Shown: positions 45,201 through 57,124 of the stretch, piece after piece
Layout of the letters: every line of letters starts with the position of its first letter
How positions within the stretch are numbered: the stretch's first letter is position 1
From: Cyanophora paradoxa CCMP329
Taxonomy: Eukaryota; Plantae; Glaucophyta
Length of the DNA: 64,000 bases
Direction: 5' to 3'
Assembly: GCA_004431415.1 (NCBI GenBank)
Contig: QPMI01000202.1
Span: forward strand, 1 to 64,000
Position numbers and translations under genes: made by a program
Notes under the pieces: generated by a model
Seen by the model: only the letters and a program-made list of their open reading frames with translations
Told to the model about the DNA's origin: nothing
The model's database searches: none

Positions 45201-48200
45201 CGCCGCCCGCCTTCTCCACTGGCTGCCCCGCGCCGCCGGGCCCCGCCTCCGCATCCTCGCCTCGAGCCTGCCGGGCCCCGCGCTGGAGGCGGCGCGCGGG
45301 GCGGGGCGGCCGCACGTGGCGTACGAGCTGGCGCCCCTCGGGGAGGGCCGGCGGCGGCGGGTGGTGGAGCGGCTGCTGGCGGAGCAGGGGCGGGCCCTCT
45401 CCGAGGAGCGCCTCGCCCGCATCGTGACGGCGCCGGCCTGCTCGAACGCGCTGTTCCTGACCATCCTCCTGGAGCAGCTCTCCGCCAGCGCCGTCCACGA
45501 GCGCCTCGACGCCGAGATCGCCGCCCTCCTCTCCTGCGGCGGCATCGCCGGCGCCGGGCCCGAGCGCGGGCCCGGGGGCGCCGCAGCGGGGCCCCGCGAG
45601 CTCTTCCGCTTCGTCCTCCGCCGCCTCGGCGAGCAGCACGGGGCGGCGCTGGTGCGCGGGGCCGCCTCGGCGGTGGCCTGCGCGCGGCACGGGATGGCGG
45701 AGGGGGAGCTGAAGGAGCTGGCGGGGGTGGACGCCCCCGGCGGGCCCCCCGGCCTCGCCTGGAGCCTCTTCTGGCAGGCCTTCCTCGACCTCTCCGTCTG
45801 CCGCGGCGCGCCCCGCCCCGCCACAATCCGAGACAGAAGTTCCGGAAATCTCACGCGACCTGGGGGTCTCGCAGATGGCCTCTATGGTTTCTTCCACCGC
45901 TGCACCGCCGAGGTGCGCGGGCCGCGCTCGCCGTGGAGCCCCGGCGCCCCTCGGGCTCACCCTCCCTCGCGCCGCGCCAGGCGGCGGAGCTCGAGTTCGG
46001 GCTGGAGGCCGGGGGCGAGCGGCGGGCGGCCGAGCACGCGCGCCTCGGCGCCTTCTTCGCCGCGCAGCCGCCCTCGGAGCGGCGGGCGGCCGAGGGGCCG
46101 TGGGGCCTCGCCCGCGGGGGCGCGGGCTGCGGGGAGCGGCTGGCGGGGATGCTGTGCGAGGCGGACGTGATGCGGCGGCTGGACGAGTACGAGCAGGTGG
46201 AGCTCTGGCTCGCCAGCGGGCGCGCGGCGGAGGCGGCGGCGCGGCTCGCCGCCGCCCTGCGCCTCCCCTTCGACGACGCGGAGGCGGCGGGGCTGGAGCG
46301 GGCGGGGAGCCTCCTCCTGCGCATGGGCAAGTACGAGGACGGCATCCGCTTCGGCCAGGCGCGCCCCCGAGCCCGATTGCCCCTCGAGCCCTCCCCGGCT
46401 TCTCATCCCGCCGGCCGCGCAGAAAGCGCTGCAGCTGAAGCAGAAGGCGCTCGGGCCCGAGCACCCCGACGTCGCGATGTCCATGCAGGCGCGTGCGGCG
46501 GGCCTCGCGCGGCGCTGGCCATGGCCCCGCCGCTGACGTGCTTGCAGAACCTGGCCGTGCTGCTCCAGGCCCAGGGCGACTTCAAGGCCGCCCGGCCCCT
46601 CTACGAGGCCCGCGCCGCCGCGCCCCTCGCGCCCCTCGCGCCCCTCGCCCCGACGTCGGCTCACTTCGCGATCGCGCGCCGCGCAGAGAGCGCTGAAGAT
46701 CAAGCAGCAGGCGCTGGGGCCGGAGCACCCCGACGTGACGATGACGATGGACAACCTGGCGGGGCTGCTGCAGGCACAGGGCGACTTCAAGGCGGCGCGC
46801 CCGATGTACGAGGTGCCCCGGCCGCGCCCTCCGGCTCTCGCGCTCGATTGCACGGCGCGCTTCGTTTGACGTGGACTCTGCGCCAGGGGGCGCTGCGGGT
46901 GAAGCGGAAGCTGCTGGGCTCCGAGCACCCCGACGTGGCGGGGACGGTGCAGAACCTCGCCGTCCTGCTCGAGGCCCAGGGCGACCACGCAGCTGCCCGG
47001 CCCCTCTATGAGGCCCGCCTCCCCTCCTTTTCACTCACACTGCTCCCCGAGCCCGTGCGCACAGGAGGCGCTGCGGATCCAGCAGAAGGCGCTCGGGACC
47101 GAGCACCCGAGCGTGGCGACGACGATGCAGAACTTGGGCGGTCTCATGAAGGCCCAGGGCGACTTCGCCGCCGCCAAGGAACTCTACGAGGTCCGAGCAA
47201 AGTCATGCAGAAGAATTAGATGGACGTGGGTGCGAAGTCTTCTCAAACGCCGACAGGGGGCGCTGCGGATCAACACGAAGGCGCTGGGGCCGGAGCACCC
47301 GGACGTGGCGGGGACGATGCAGAACCTGGCGAACCTCTCCCAGGCGCAGGGCGACATCGCCGCCGCCCGGCCCCTGTACGAGGCGCGAGACCCTGCATCA
47401 CATTCGCGCCCTTCTCTTACCCGTCTGCTCCCACCAGGAGGCGCTGCGGATCAAGCAGAAGGCGCTGGGCCCGGAGCACCCGAGCGTGGCTATGACGATG
47501 CAGAACCTCGCCATCCTCCTGAAGGCGCAGGGCGACCTGAAGGCGGCGCGGCCGGTCTACGAGGCGCGCGCCGGCCCCTCCCCTCCAACTATTCCGCAGT
47601 CGCGCGCATCGGCGCTGAACGTCGCCTTCAGGAGGCGCTGCGGATCGAGCAGAAGGCGCTGGGGGCGGAGCACCCCCGCGTCGCGATGACGATGCAGAAC
47701 CTCGCGACGCTCCTCAAGGCCAAGGGCGAGCTCAAGGCGGCCCGACCCCTCTACGAGGTGCATCATCCCCGGCCCCTGCAGTCAGAGCAGCGCTGAAACA
47801 CGCAATGCGCCATCGGCCTCGCAGAAAGCGCTGCGGATCGAGCAGAAGGCGCTGGGGCCGGAGCACCCCGACGTGGCGATGACGATGCAGAACCTCGCGC
47901 TGCTGCTAAAGACGCAGGGCGACTACGCGGCCGCCCGGCCCCTCTACGAGGCCCGCCTCCGCGCGGCGCTCGCGTGCGCGCCGCCCGCCGCTGACGCGTG
48001 CGGCAGGAGGCGCTGCGGATAAAGCGGAAGGCGCTGGGGCCGGAGCACGCCGAGGTGGCGGCGGCGATGGACGGCCTCGCGGGGCTCCTCCAGGCGCAGG
48101 GCGACCTCGCCGCCGCCCGCCCCGTCTACGAGGCGCGAGGCCTCCCAGAGTTGAGGGGCCCCAGACCGCCGCTGGTCTGACGCGGGGGGCAGGAGGCACT

Positions 48201-49384
48201 GGGGACGCGGAGGCGGGCGCTGGGCCCCGAGCACCCGCGGGTGGCGGCCTCCCTTCAGAATCTCGCGCAAGTCATCGAGGCGCAGGGCGACCTCGCCGCC
48301 GCCCGGCCCCTCTTCGAGGTCCCCCCCCCGCCGCCTCTCCGGAGCAGTCGCTGACGCCTCGGGCAGGAGGCGCTGCGGATCAAGGAGAGGGCGCTGGGCC
48401 CCGAGCACCTCGAGGTGGCGGCGCTGATGGAGAGCCTCGCCGGCATCCTCGACGACTCCGGCGACCCCGCCGCCGCCCGGCCCCTCTACGAGGCCAGCGA
48501 GCCGGCCCCTCGCCCGCCCTTCCCGCCCGCTCGCTCTGAGGGAGAGGGGGCGCGCAGGGGGCGCTGCGGATCAAGGAGCGGGAGCTGGGGCCGGAGCACC
48601 TCGAGGTGGCCCCCGGCCCCTCGGCATCCCCTCCGCCGCCCGGGCGCCTCGCCTCACTCGGGCGCGGGCCGCCTCTCAGGTGGCGGGGATCGCGGAGAGC
48701 GTCGCCGGCATCCTCGACGCCCAAGGCGACCTCGCCGCCGCCCGGCCCCTCTACGAGGCCCGCCGCCTCTGCTGCGCGCCCGCTCGGGGCCCTCTGATCG
48801 TCCGGTGCAGAGGGCGCTGCGGATCAAGGGGAAGGCGCTGGGGCGGGAGCACGCGCGGGTGGCGGGGACGGCGCAGAGCCTGGCGGGGCTCCTGCAGGCG
48901 CAGGGCGACTTCGCCGCCGCCCGCGCCCTCTGCGAGGCCCGCCGCCGCTTCCCGCGTCGAGGAAGGCGGCCCCCTCCTGAGGCTCGCGCGGGCCCCGGCA
49001 GGTGGCGCTCGGGATCCGGCGGCGGGCGCTGGGCCCGGAGCACGCGGACACGGCCTGGTCGATGTGCCGCCTCGGCGACCTCCTCAACGCCCTCGGCCAG
49101 TTCTCTGACGCCCTCCCCCTCCTCCAGGTGCCCCCGTTGTAAACGCTCTTCATCTGCTCCCGCAGGCTCTCAGATCTAGAATCATGAGCCAGATTCCTGA
49201 GAGCTCCTTCAGTTTTCGTTAGACTGCGACGTCTTATGCCGCCCATCTTCCAGCCGCCCCCTCTGAGTTGAATTCGCAGGCGGCGCTGCCGGTGCTGGAG
49301 AGGGCGCTGGGGGCGCGGCACGCGCGGCCGGCGGCGGTCCGCCGGTGCCTCGACGAGGTCCGCAGGGCCCTCGCCCAGCGCTAG
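42239..49384 (+). CDS. DUF4062 - P-loop NTPase (NACHT/AAA_16-type) - TPR protein (NPHP3/TEP1-like STAND, NLR-like)
   Basis: N-terminal MGAAACK and Ala/Pro linker; VRVFVSSTFQDMQAERD..VDLRWGI..CLREV..RYGW (DUF4062); Walker A VLHGDGGC|GKS; Walker B VLLVLDGLDQL; NALFL; ~14 kinesin-light-chain-type TPRs (ALGPEHPDVA.TMQNLA.LL.AQGD..AARPLYE). Confidence 0.85.
46420..49130 (+). repeat. Tandem array of ~14 TPR exon+intron units (~185-190 bp period)
   Basis: 126-nt exons ending ...TACGAG followed by short phase-0 introns. Two units carry an extra internal intron. Confidence 0.85.
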
Positions 49385-50007
49385 CCGGAGGCCGGCTCCA
49401 GCCCCCGCGCCCCTTCCTCCAGGCTCCTTTGCCGTCCATCGATATCATTTGATTTTAGTTCGATTTCAATTCTGCTTCTTCGCTGCTGTACAGAAGATTC
49501 TGATCGATTGCATGCACATGCTAGCGCTGGCAGATCTTTCGTTTCATTCGCTACGTGTGCGAATAGGCTTTTAGTTAGCTATAGGATGTGCCGCCCGTGC
49601 CATAATTGATTTGCGCTCTCCGTCATGGATTTTCCTGCCGCTGTTGCTGCTTGATCGTTCTCTTTCTAGAGCTCAGGAAAAGTCTGTAGAGTCTCTAGAA
49701 GCACCCGTTGATCCCGCGATCAATGGTCTAGATCTTGAGATTTTGGTGTGTTCGTTTGTAGAGCTACGTATACGTCTGTAGTTTGCTGAGTTACTTTCAT
49801 TTTCTCGTCATGTCGGAAATCACGCCAGATTCTTAGAACTTGCAAAATTACTGCCAGCTGCCAGGCGCCGTTTGTGTCAATCAATGTACCGCGGATCAGT
49901 CGGAGTCCCTTCATCCTAGAGCTGATCATGAAGCTTCGCGATTGGACTCGAGCTTTCTCATTAGGGCCCTATCTAGTTGGACATGTTCATGTGCAAGGGC
50001 GTCATCG

Positions 50008-52510
50008 CTAGAACGCCACGGCGCGGAAGGGGTTCATCCTGCGCGGAAGGGCGATCGGGTTGACGTTGGCGCCCTCGCTGCCCCCCCGGGCGACAGAGGG
50101 CGCACCACTGCTTGTCGGGGGGCGTCCCCCGGTCGCCCTTCGTGACCCCCGAGAGGACCGAGCTGCCCCCGCGTGTCTCGTCAGCGGGCCTCGCGAGAAG
50201 CGAGGGGCGGCTTGCGGCGCGCGCGGACCCGTTGTCGCTGATCGGCAGGCGGTACTCGTAGATCTGAGCGAAAGGAGGCGAGTTCGAGTTCAGGTGCGTG
50301 GAAGCCTAGGGCGGGGCGTGGGGGGGGAACTGGCGCGCCCAGCGCTCGCCCCGGGCGTTGGCGGGACCGAGCCCCTGCAGGCACAGCAGCCCGTTCCTGC
50401 AGGCGCGATCACAACGTCTCGAGCTCGAGGTGAGAGGCAGGGATCGGATTGGCGCGCCGCTTGATGAAGGCGCCGGTGATGGGCTCCTCGAGGGGCGCGA
50501 GGCGCTCGCAGAGCTGCTCCTCCGCCGCCGCCGAGAACTCCAGGAAGAACGGCTCCGCCCTGCCGGCCCCCGGGGTACCGCATTCACCTCCACCCGAGCC
50601 CGGAGCGCGGGGAGGGGGGTACCGCGGGTTATCGTGCTCGACGATCTCGCAGCGGAGCTTGCGCCAGTGCATGTGGCCCTTCACCTGCTCGCGGGGGTAT
50701 GCGGTCGGATGGGATCGAGGGAGGGGGTACAGCAAACGCGGCACCTTCACCTCCGCGTCGTCCTCGGAGACCTGCGGGCGAGCCGGGGTCTACAATTCGC
50801 TCTCCGGGGGGCGTGCTGCGGAGGGGTACGGGGGCGCGCCTTGGAGAGGACGAGCTCCATGGCGCTGGTCGCGTAGCAGCCGTTCACGAGGAACCGCGAG
50901 ATCCCCAGGTACCGCTCCCTGGGGTACCCGTTCGTTTACTTTCAGGGCCGGGGTGGGGGGGGGAGGCGGGGGGTACGGGGCGCGCTTGAGGAGCTTGGAC
51001 TCGTAGTAGCGCTTGTCCTCCGGGGGCTCCGCGGGGGCCCCGGGGGCCCCCGCCCCGCCGGCCCCCGCCGCCCTCCCCGCCCCCAGCGCCTGCGGGGCCC
51101 CTCAGAAGGAACGGGCTGGGGGCGGGGGGTGGGTGGGGAGGGGCGGACGGCGGGGCCGGCGCGCTGGAGGGCCTGGAGGGAGGACATGGCCCCCTGCATC
51201 TGCTCCGCCAGCCTCGCCAGCGCCGCCCCCGCCGCCCCCGCCCCGCCCCCCCCGCCCCCCTCCTTACCCCCCTCCCCGGGGGCCCTGGCGGGGGCGGGGC
51301 CGGCGGAGGCGGTGGAGCCGGAGCGGCGGAGCTTGGCGCCCTTGCCCGTCGGGGGCCGCACGGCGGCGGCGAGGGCCTCGAGGATCTGCGCGAAGGTCTG
51401 CTCCGCCGAGCCGCCGGCGAGGTCGGCCCCGTCGTGCACGATGAAGTTCGTCGACGCCGCGAGCAGCTCGACGTGCGGGTACGCGCCCCAGTCCTGCCGC
51501 CATCCGATCCGTCCGGTCCGAACGCGACCCGGGGGGGCTCGGGGGCCGCACGAGGTCGGGGAAGGAGACGGGGAGCATGACGGGGCGGCGCGGCTCGGGC
51601 GGCGTCGTGAGGCCCCGCTCGTGGCTCGTCAGGTTCAGCCGCTTCGCGAAGCTGCGCCCCCGCGAGGCCCCGCACTCTCAGGCGAGCCCGGGGGAGGGGG
51701 GCACCCCGCGCGCGGCCGCCGGCTCGCCTGTACTCGTCCTGAGGGGGAGAGAGGGGGCCGGGGCGTGAGGGGCTAGGAGGAGGGAGAGACGGGGAAGGGT
51801 ACGCGGACCTTGCACTCCCCCGAGCTGGCCCAGGCGTCGTTGATGAGGGGGAGGAAGACCTGCGCGCGGGGGGCGGGTTCGACGGGGGTACGTGGGTGCG
51901 GGGCGGAGGGGGCGGGAGGGGGACCCTGCAGCGCTTGACGGCGGAGACGATGGCGTCACGGTACTCGGCGCCGCCGGCGATGGCGTCGGTGCAGACCCAG
52001 ACCGAGTAGCCGCTCGCCTGGAGCAGCGCCTTCAGCTTCCCCGCCGACGCCGCCATCGACCGCACGTTGATCGAGAGCATTACGTCCACCGCGCCCTCCC
52101 CCGCCTCCCCCGCACCCGTCGGCGAGGCCGCCGCCGGCCGCGCCGCCGCCGCCGCCGCCGGCTTCGAATTCGCCGCGGGCGCTGCAGCTGGCGCAGCCAC
52201 CGCCTTGGGCGACGCGCTCGGAGGCGGCGACGGCGCGTGGGCGGCCGACGGGAGGGGCGCCGAGGCCGCCGCGGCGATGCCGGTCGACGGCGAGATGCTC
52301 GATCCGAAGGGGGACGGCTGCTTGGGCCTGCGGCGCGCTCGTCAGCGCCTCTTGGTGACGGCAGCGGTCGCGGTGTTCGGCTTCAGCCTTCAGGCTCTTT
52401 GATTGACTCTAGCATTATATGGACCGAGTTCGAGCGGCTGGACGCGACGGCGCTGGCTGGCTGGAGCATATGAGTCGGAGCGGAGGCGGCGAGGGCGGCA
52501 AGGAGGCCAT
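50008..52510 (-). CDS. TIR_2-domain protein with uncharacterised C-terminal domain; start uncertain
   Basis: DVMLSIN...LKALLQASGYSVWVCTDAIAGGAEYRDAIVSAVKRC|VFLPLINDAWASSGECK|DEY|SFAKRLN..VMLPVSFPDL. Last exon ends MNPFRAVAF*. Confidence 0.75.
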
Positions 52511-53091
52511 CAGCGTAGAACCGGCAATAAGCTCCCGCCCCCGCCTCCTAGTGCGTACGCGCGGCTGGGGCGCACCGCTCGAAAGTTGACCTCGGCGTTG
52601 CCCCCGCGGCCCCCGTCCGCCGCTCTTGGCCCCAGGCCCGCAGCCGCGCGATCCGCTCGTCACTCGTCAGCCTCTCGGGGCGCGTCGAGGACATCGTTGA
52701 AAGTGAGCGCTTAGAGCGCTCGTACCCCCTGACAGGTCGCCCCTGCGTACCCCTGCGACGAACCTCAGCTCGCAGCAGCGCAGCGGCCGCAGCGGCCCTG
52801 ACGCCGCAAAAAGACGCAACAATTGGACCTCTTTGCCAGCTGGTAGGTCTTCCGAACGAGCGGACGAGAGCCGTCGTTCCCCGCTGCGCAGCACCCCGTC
52901 TTAAAAGCTATATTATCTGATGGCTGTTTAGCGCTCTGGTTCAGTCTACGGCCGATCGGCTTCCTTGTTCGGGCGCCGCTTGCCGGCGGACGTCTGCGTC
53001 GTCGGTACGTGCCCTTACGCGTGTGATTATCTCAACGCCGCCGTGGACGCGGCTGATGTTCATGTTCCTCTCGCCAACTAGCTGACTCATC

Positions 53092-56000
53092 ATGGCGAGC
53101 AAGCCACTGCTTCTGGGGCGCTACGAGCTCCGAAATCAGAGCATAAGCACCAACCAGAGAACGAGGGTGAGCGCGCTCCCGGGGGCCGGCCTTTCTCATT
53201 CAGTGAACGCTGAATGGGCCGACTCGCACGCGCCGCGCTCTTCGCGTGGCGCCCGCGGCGGCGGCGGCGATAGTGCGCTTTAGGGAGTGCGCAGCGGATT
53301 AGACCGCGCGGGCGCCTGCGCAGCGAGCCCGCGCTGCGGGATCGGAGCGGCGCCGTTTGCTCGCCTCTCACCGCGCGCGCGCAGGTGGAGTTTGCGGTGG
53401 ACACCAAGAGCCACGACCCCGTGGTGCTGAAGATCACCTCTGATGAGGAGAACCACCTGCGCGAGAAGTCCTTCCTGCAGAGTGCGCCGGCCCCGCGCCC
53501 CGCCCCGCGCCGCCCTGCGCCGCGCCGCCGATCGACGGCGCGGGGCGGGCAGCGGCGAACACGGACTTCGTGTACGCGATGTACGACGCGTTCGAGATGC
53601 CGCAGGAGCGCAACAATCCGCGCTTCTTCTGCCTGGTGCGCGCGCGCGCGCCGCGCCGCCTGGCGGGCGGGCGGGCGGGCGGGCGGGGGCGGGGGCGAGC
53701 TGAGAGGGGGCGGGGCAGGTTCTGGAGGCGGGGGACGAGGACCTGCAGCACTACTTCGACAGGCGGCACCGGCGGATCGGGCGGAGCGAGAGCGCGTTCA
53801 TCGCGCACGCCGTCGCCCGCGCCCTCCAGTACCTCCACTCGCAGGGCCTCGTCCACACCGACGTCAAGCGCGCCCGCCCCCGCCCGCCCGCTCCGACCCG
53901 CCGGGCCCCGCTGACAAGCAGCGCGCGCGGGCAGGCCGAACAACGTGGTGCGGAGCTTCGACGGGGGGTGGCGCCTCATCGACTTCGAGATGCTCGTGCA
54001 CGAGGGGGAGACGACGCGGGGCCTGACGATTGGCTACCTGGCGCCCGAGGCGGCCCGGGCGCACCCGCAGGGCGTGGCGGCGGACAAGGCGCTCGACATC
54101 TGGTCCCTGGGGGGCATGCTCTACGAGCTCTACACGGGGCGCACCTTCCTCGGCAACCTCGCCTCCTCCGAGGCCATCATGGCCTTCCTCCGCGTGCGCC
54201 CTCCCCTCGAGTCCCCTCCCGGGGCGGGGGTGTGAGGGGGGCCCGGGCGGGGGCGCAGGGCGGGGAGGAGGTGGCGCTGGGCCCGCTGGTGCCGGACGAG
54301 GCGCGGGACCTCCTCACGCAGATGCTCAGCAAGGACCCCGCCGCCCGCCCCTCCATCGAGCAGGTCCTGGTCCGGCCCCGGCCCCGCCCGCCCCGCTGCA
54401 TCCCACCCCGCCCGACGCGACCCCGTGCGACGCGGGGGCAGCTGCACCCGATGATGCAGCGCGCGGCGGCGCGCTTCGCGGCGCGGGAGCGCCTCACGAC
54501 GACGACGACGACGACGAACGAGGCGCCGGGGCCGCCGTCGCCCTCGGGCCCCCTCTCCCCGCCCAAGGGCACGCCGGGCCTGGCGGCGCTCGCGCTGCAG
54601 GGGACCCTCTCGCGGACGTCGACGCAGATGACGGAGCAGTCGGTGGAGGAGCTCCTCGCCGAGCGCGCCTCGCTCTCCGCGCGCCTCTCGGCGCTCTCCA
54701 AGGACAAGGCGCGGCTCATCGAGGAGAAGCAGCAGAGCGAGAGCAAGAGCTCGTGGATCGCGCAGGAGGCGGAGGTGCTGCGGCGGAAGTCGCAGCAGCT
54801 CGAGGAGTCCTTCATGCGCCTCAAGAAGCAGCAGCAGGAGCTCGACGAGAAGCTCTTCAGGCGAGGCCCCCCCGCCCCGCCCGAGCCCCGGCCCCGCCCC
54901 GGGCCGAGCCTCGTCTCGCCGGCAGGTACCAGAAGGAGAACATCGGGCTGAAGACGATGCGGGGGGAGATGGAGCGGGAGATGGCGCGCATGGAGAAGGA
55001 GAACGGGGCGCTGCGGGAGGAGAACGGTCGCCTGCGGGCCGAGCTCGACGCGCTGCACGCCGAGATCGACTCGCAGCGCGCCGCCATCACCCACGCCATG
55101 ACCGCCCTCTACGGCCCGCCCCGCCCCGCCCCGGCCCAGGCGCGCCTTGCTTCCCTCGTCCTGAGCTGGACGGGCGCAGACGGGTCGGTGCGGGGCGGCA
55201 CGGGCCTCCGCCAGGCGCGCGAGGCGCTCCGCGCGGAGGACGGCTACGGTGCGCCCCGCGCCGCCGGGCGGGGCCGGGCCGGGCGGAGGCGCGCGCCCCC
55301 TTGGTCTCTTCCTCACGCCGCCCCGCCCCGCAGAGAACACGTCCACGCGCGGGGGTACAGCTTTGCGCCAGGCGCGCGAGGCGCTCCGGGCTGAGGACGG
55401 ATACGGTGCGCCGGGCCGGGGGAAGCACAGTTCGGACTCGCCCCTGACGCCGCCGCCCCGCAGAGAACACTTCCACGCGGGGCGGAACGGCGTTGAGGCA
55501 GGCGCGCGAGGCGCTCCGTGGGGCGGAGGACGGCCACGGTGCGCGGGTCGGGAGAGGCGCAGCACCGGCTCGCCCCTCAAGCCGCGCCGCAGAGAACACG
55601 TCGACGCGCGGGGGCACGGCCCTGCGGCAGGCGCGCGAGGCGCTGCGCCAGGAGGAGGGTGGGCACGGTCCGTCGCCCCCTCTCTTCTCCCTCGTTCCGT
55701 CCCCCGCCGACGCCGCCCCGGCAGAAAACACGTCTACGCGCGGGGGTACCGCTTTGCGGCAAGCGCGCGAGGCGCTGCGGGCGGAGGAGGGATACGGTGC
55801 GCCGGCGGCGCGGCGCCGGGCCGACGAGCCCGCGCGGCCGTCCGCTGACGCCGCCGGCAGAGAACACGTCTGTGCGCGGCGGGACGGCCCTGCGGCAGGC
55901 GCGCGAGGCGCTCCGTGGGGCGGAGGACGGCTACGGTGCGCTAGGGGCGGGCCCCGCTCCGATCCCCGCTGGTCCCCGCTGACGCCGCGCTGCAGAGAAC

Positions 56001-57124
56001 ACCTCGACGCGCGGGGGCACGGCGCTGAGGCAGGCGCGCGAGGCGCTGCGCCAGGAGGAGGGATACGGTGCGCGGGGCCGGCGGGAGGGGTACAGGCTCG
56101 ATCGCCTCTCACGCCTGCGTGCGCGCAGAGGGGTCTTTCCGCGGGGGCACGGCCCTGCAGAAGGCGCGCGAGGCCCTCCGGCAGGAAGAGGCGGCAGCAG
56201 CAGCGGCGGCGGCAGCGGCGGCGGGGGCGGGCGGGGCGGGGGCGGGGCGGGAGGCGGGGGAGGCGCCGCCGCCGCCGCGGCGGGTGAGCTCGTCGCTGGC
56301 GGCGATGCTGCGGGCGGAGGGCGTGGTGCCGGGGGCGCAGGGCCCCGGCGGGCAGGGCGGCCCCGCCGGGGCGCCGGGACTCGATGCGGCGCAGCAGCAG
56401 CGTGGCCGGCAACCTCTCCGAGGGCCCCCGCGGCGGCCCCCGCGGCCTCTCCGCCAACTCCCCGGCCGCCTACGCCCAGAGCCCGCTCGCCGCCGCCGTC
56501 CAGAAGCGCGAGCGGGGGCAGTCGCAGGACTCGCCCTCGAGCCTCGCGCCCAGCCCGCTCGCCCAGGCCGCCGCCGCCGCGGGGCAGCGGCGCGGCTCCG
56601 CCCACAACTCCCCCTCGACCTTCGGCGCCTCGCCCCTCGCGCAGGCGGCGGCGCAGGCCTCGGGCTCGTACGGCTCGCAGACGGCCGGCCTCGCCCGCCG
56701 CCTCTCGCCCTCCTCCCTCGGCGTCTCGCCCCTGCAGGCCGCCATCCAGGCCGCCAAGGCCGACGCCAGCGCCGAGCGCGCCGAGCGGGCGGAGCGGAGC
56801 ATCGAGCGCGGCTCGAGCCAGCTGCAGCAGCTGCGGCGCACGCTGTCCGCCCAAAAGGGCCTCCTCAACATAGAGGTCGGGGGCGCGCCGGCGAGCCAGA
56901 GCGTGGGCCCCGGCGGCTCCCCGCGGCTGCTGGGGCGGGGCGCCTCCTACTCGGCCCTCTCCGCGCTGGCCGAGGAGGAGACGGGGAGCTCGCGGCGGGG
57001 CCCCGGGAGCTCCAGGAAGCTCGGGGGCAGCGGGGGGGGCGACAGCCCCTCCTCCGCCTCCCGCGAGCCCGTCGGCGGCGCCGGCAACTCGGAGCGCGGC
57101 GCCTCCCGCCGCTACGCCTTCTGA
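53092..57124 (+). CDS. Ser/Thr protein kinase (non-RD) with coiled coil, 8 exon-encoded repeats and Ser-rich tail
   Basis: VVLK, LREKSFL, YLHSQGLVHTDVK|PNN, LIDFE, TIGYLAPE, DIWSLG, DLLTQMLSKDPAARPS; coiled coil at 54.6-55.1 kb; TGA at 57124. Confidence 0.85.
55180..56190 (+). repeat. Eight tandem exon+intron units encoding ENTSTRGGTALRQAREALRAEDGY
   Basis: Copies begin near 55180, 55334, 55464, 55594, 55725, 55861, 55996 and 56129. The internal exons are 72-75 nt with phase 1 at both ends. Confidence 0.85.

Noticed and set aside
55180-56190. CRISPR-like repeat-spacer array (also 46.4-49.1 kb)
   Set aside because: The repeats are degenerate coding exons with synonymous variation, the spacers are introns with splice signals, and there are no cas genes.
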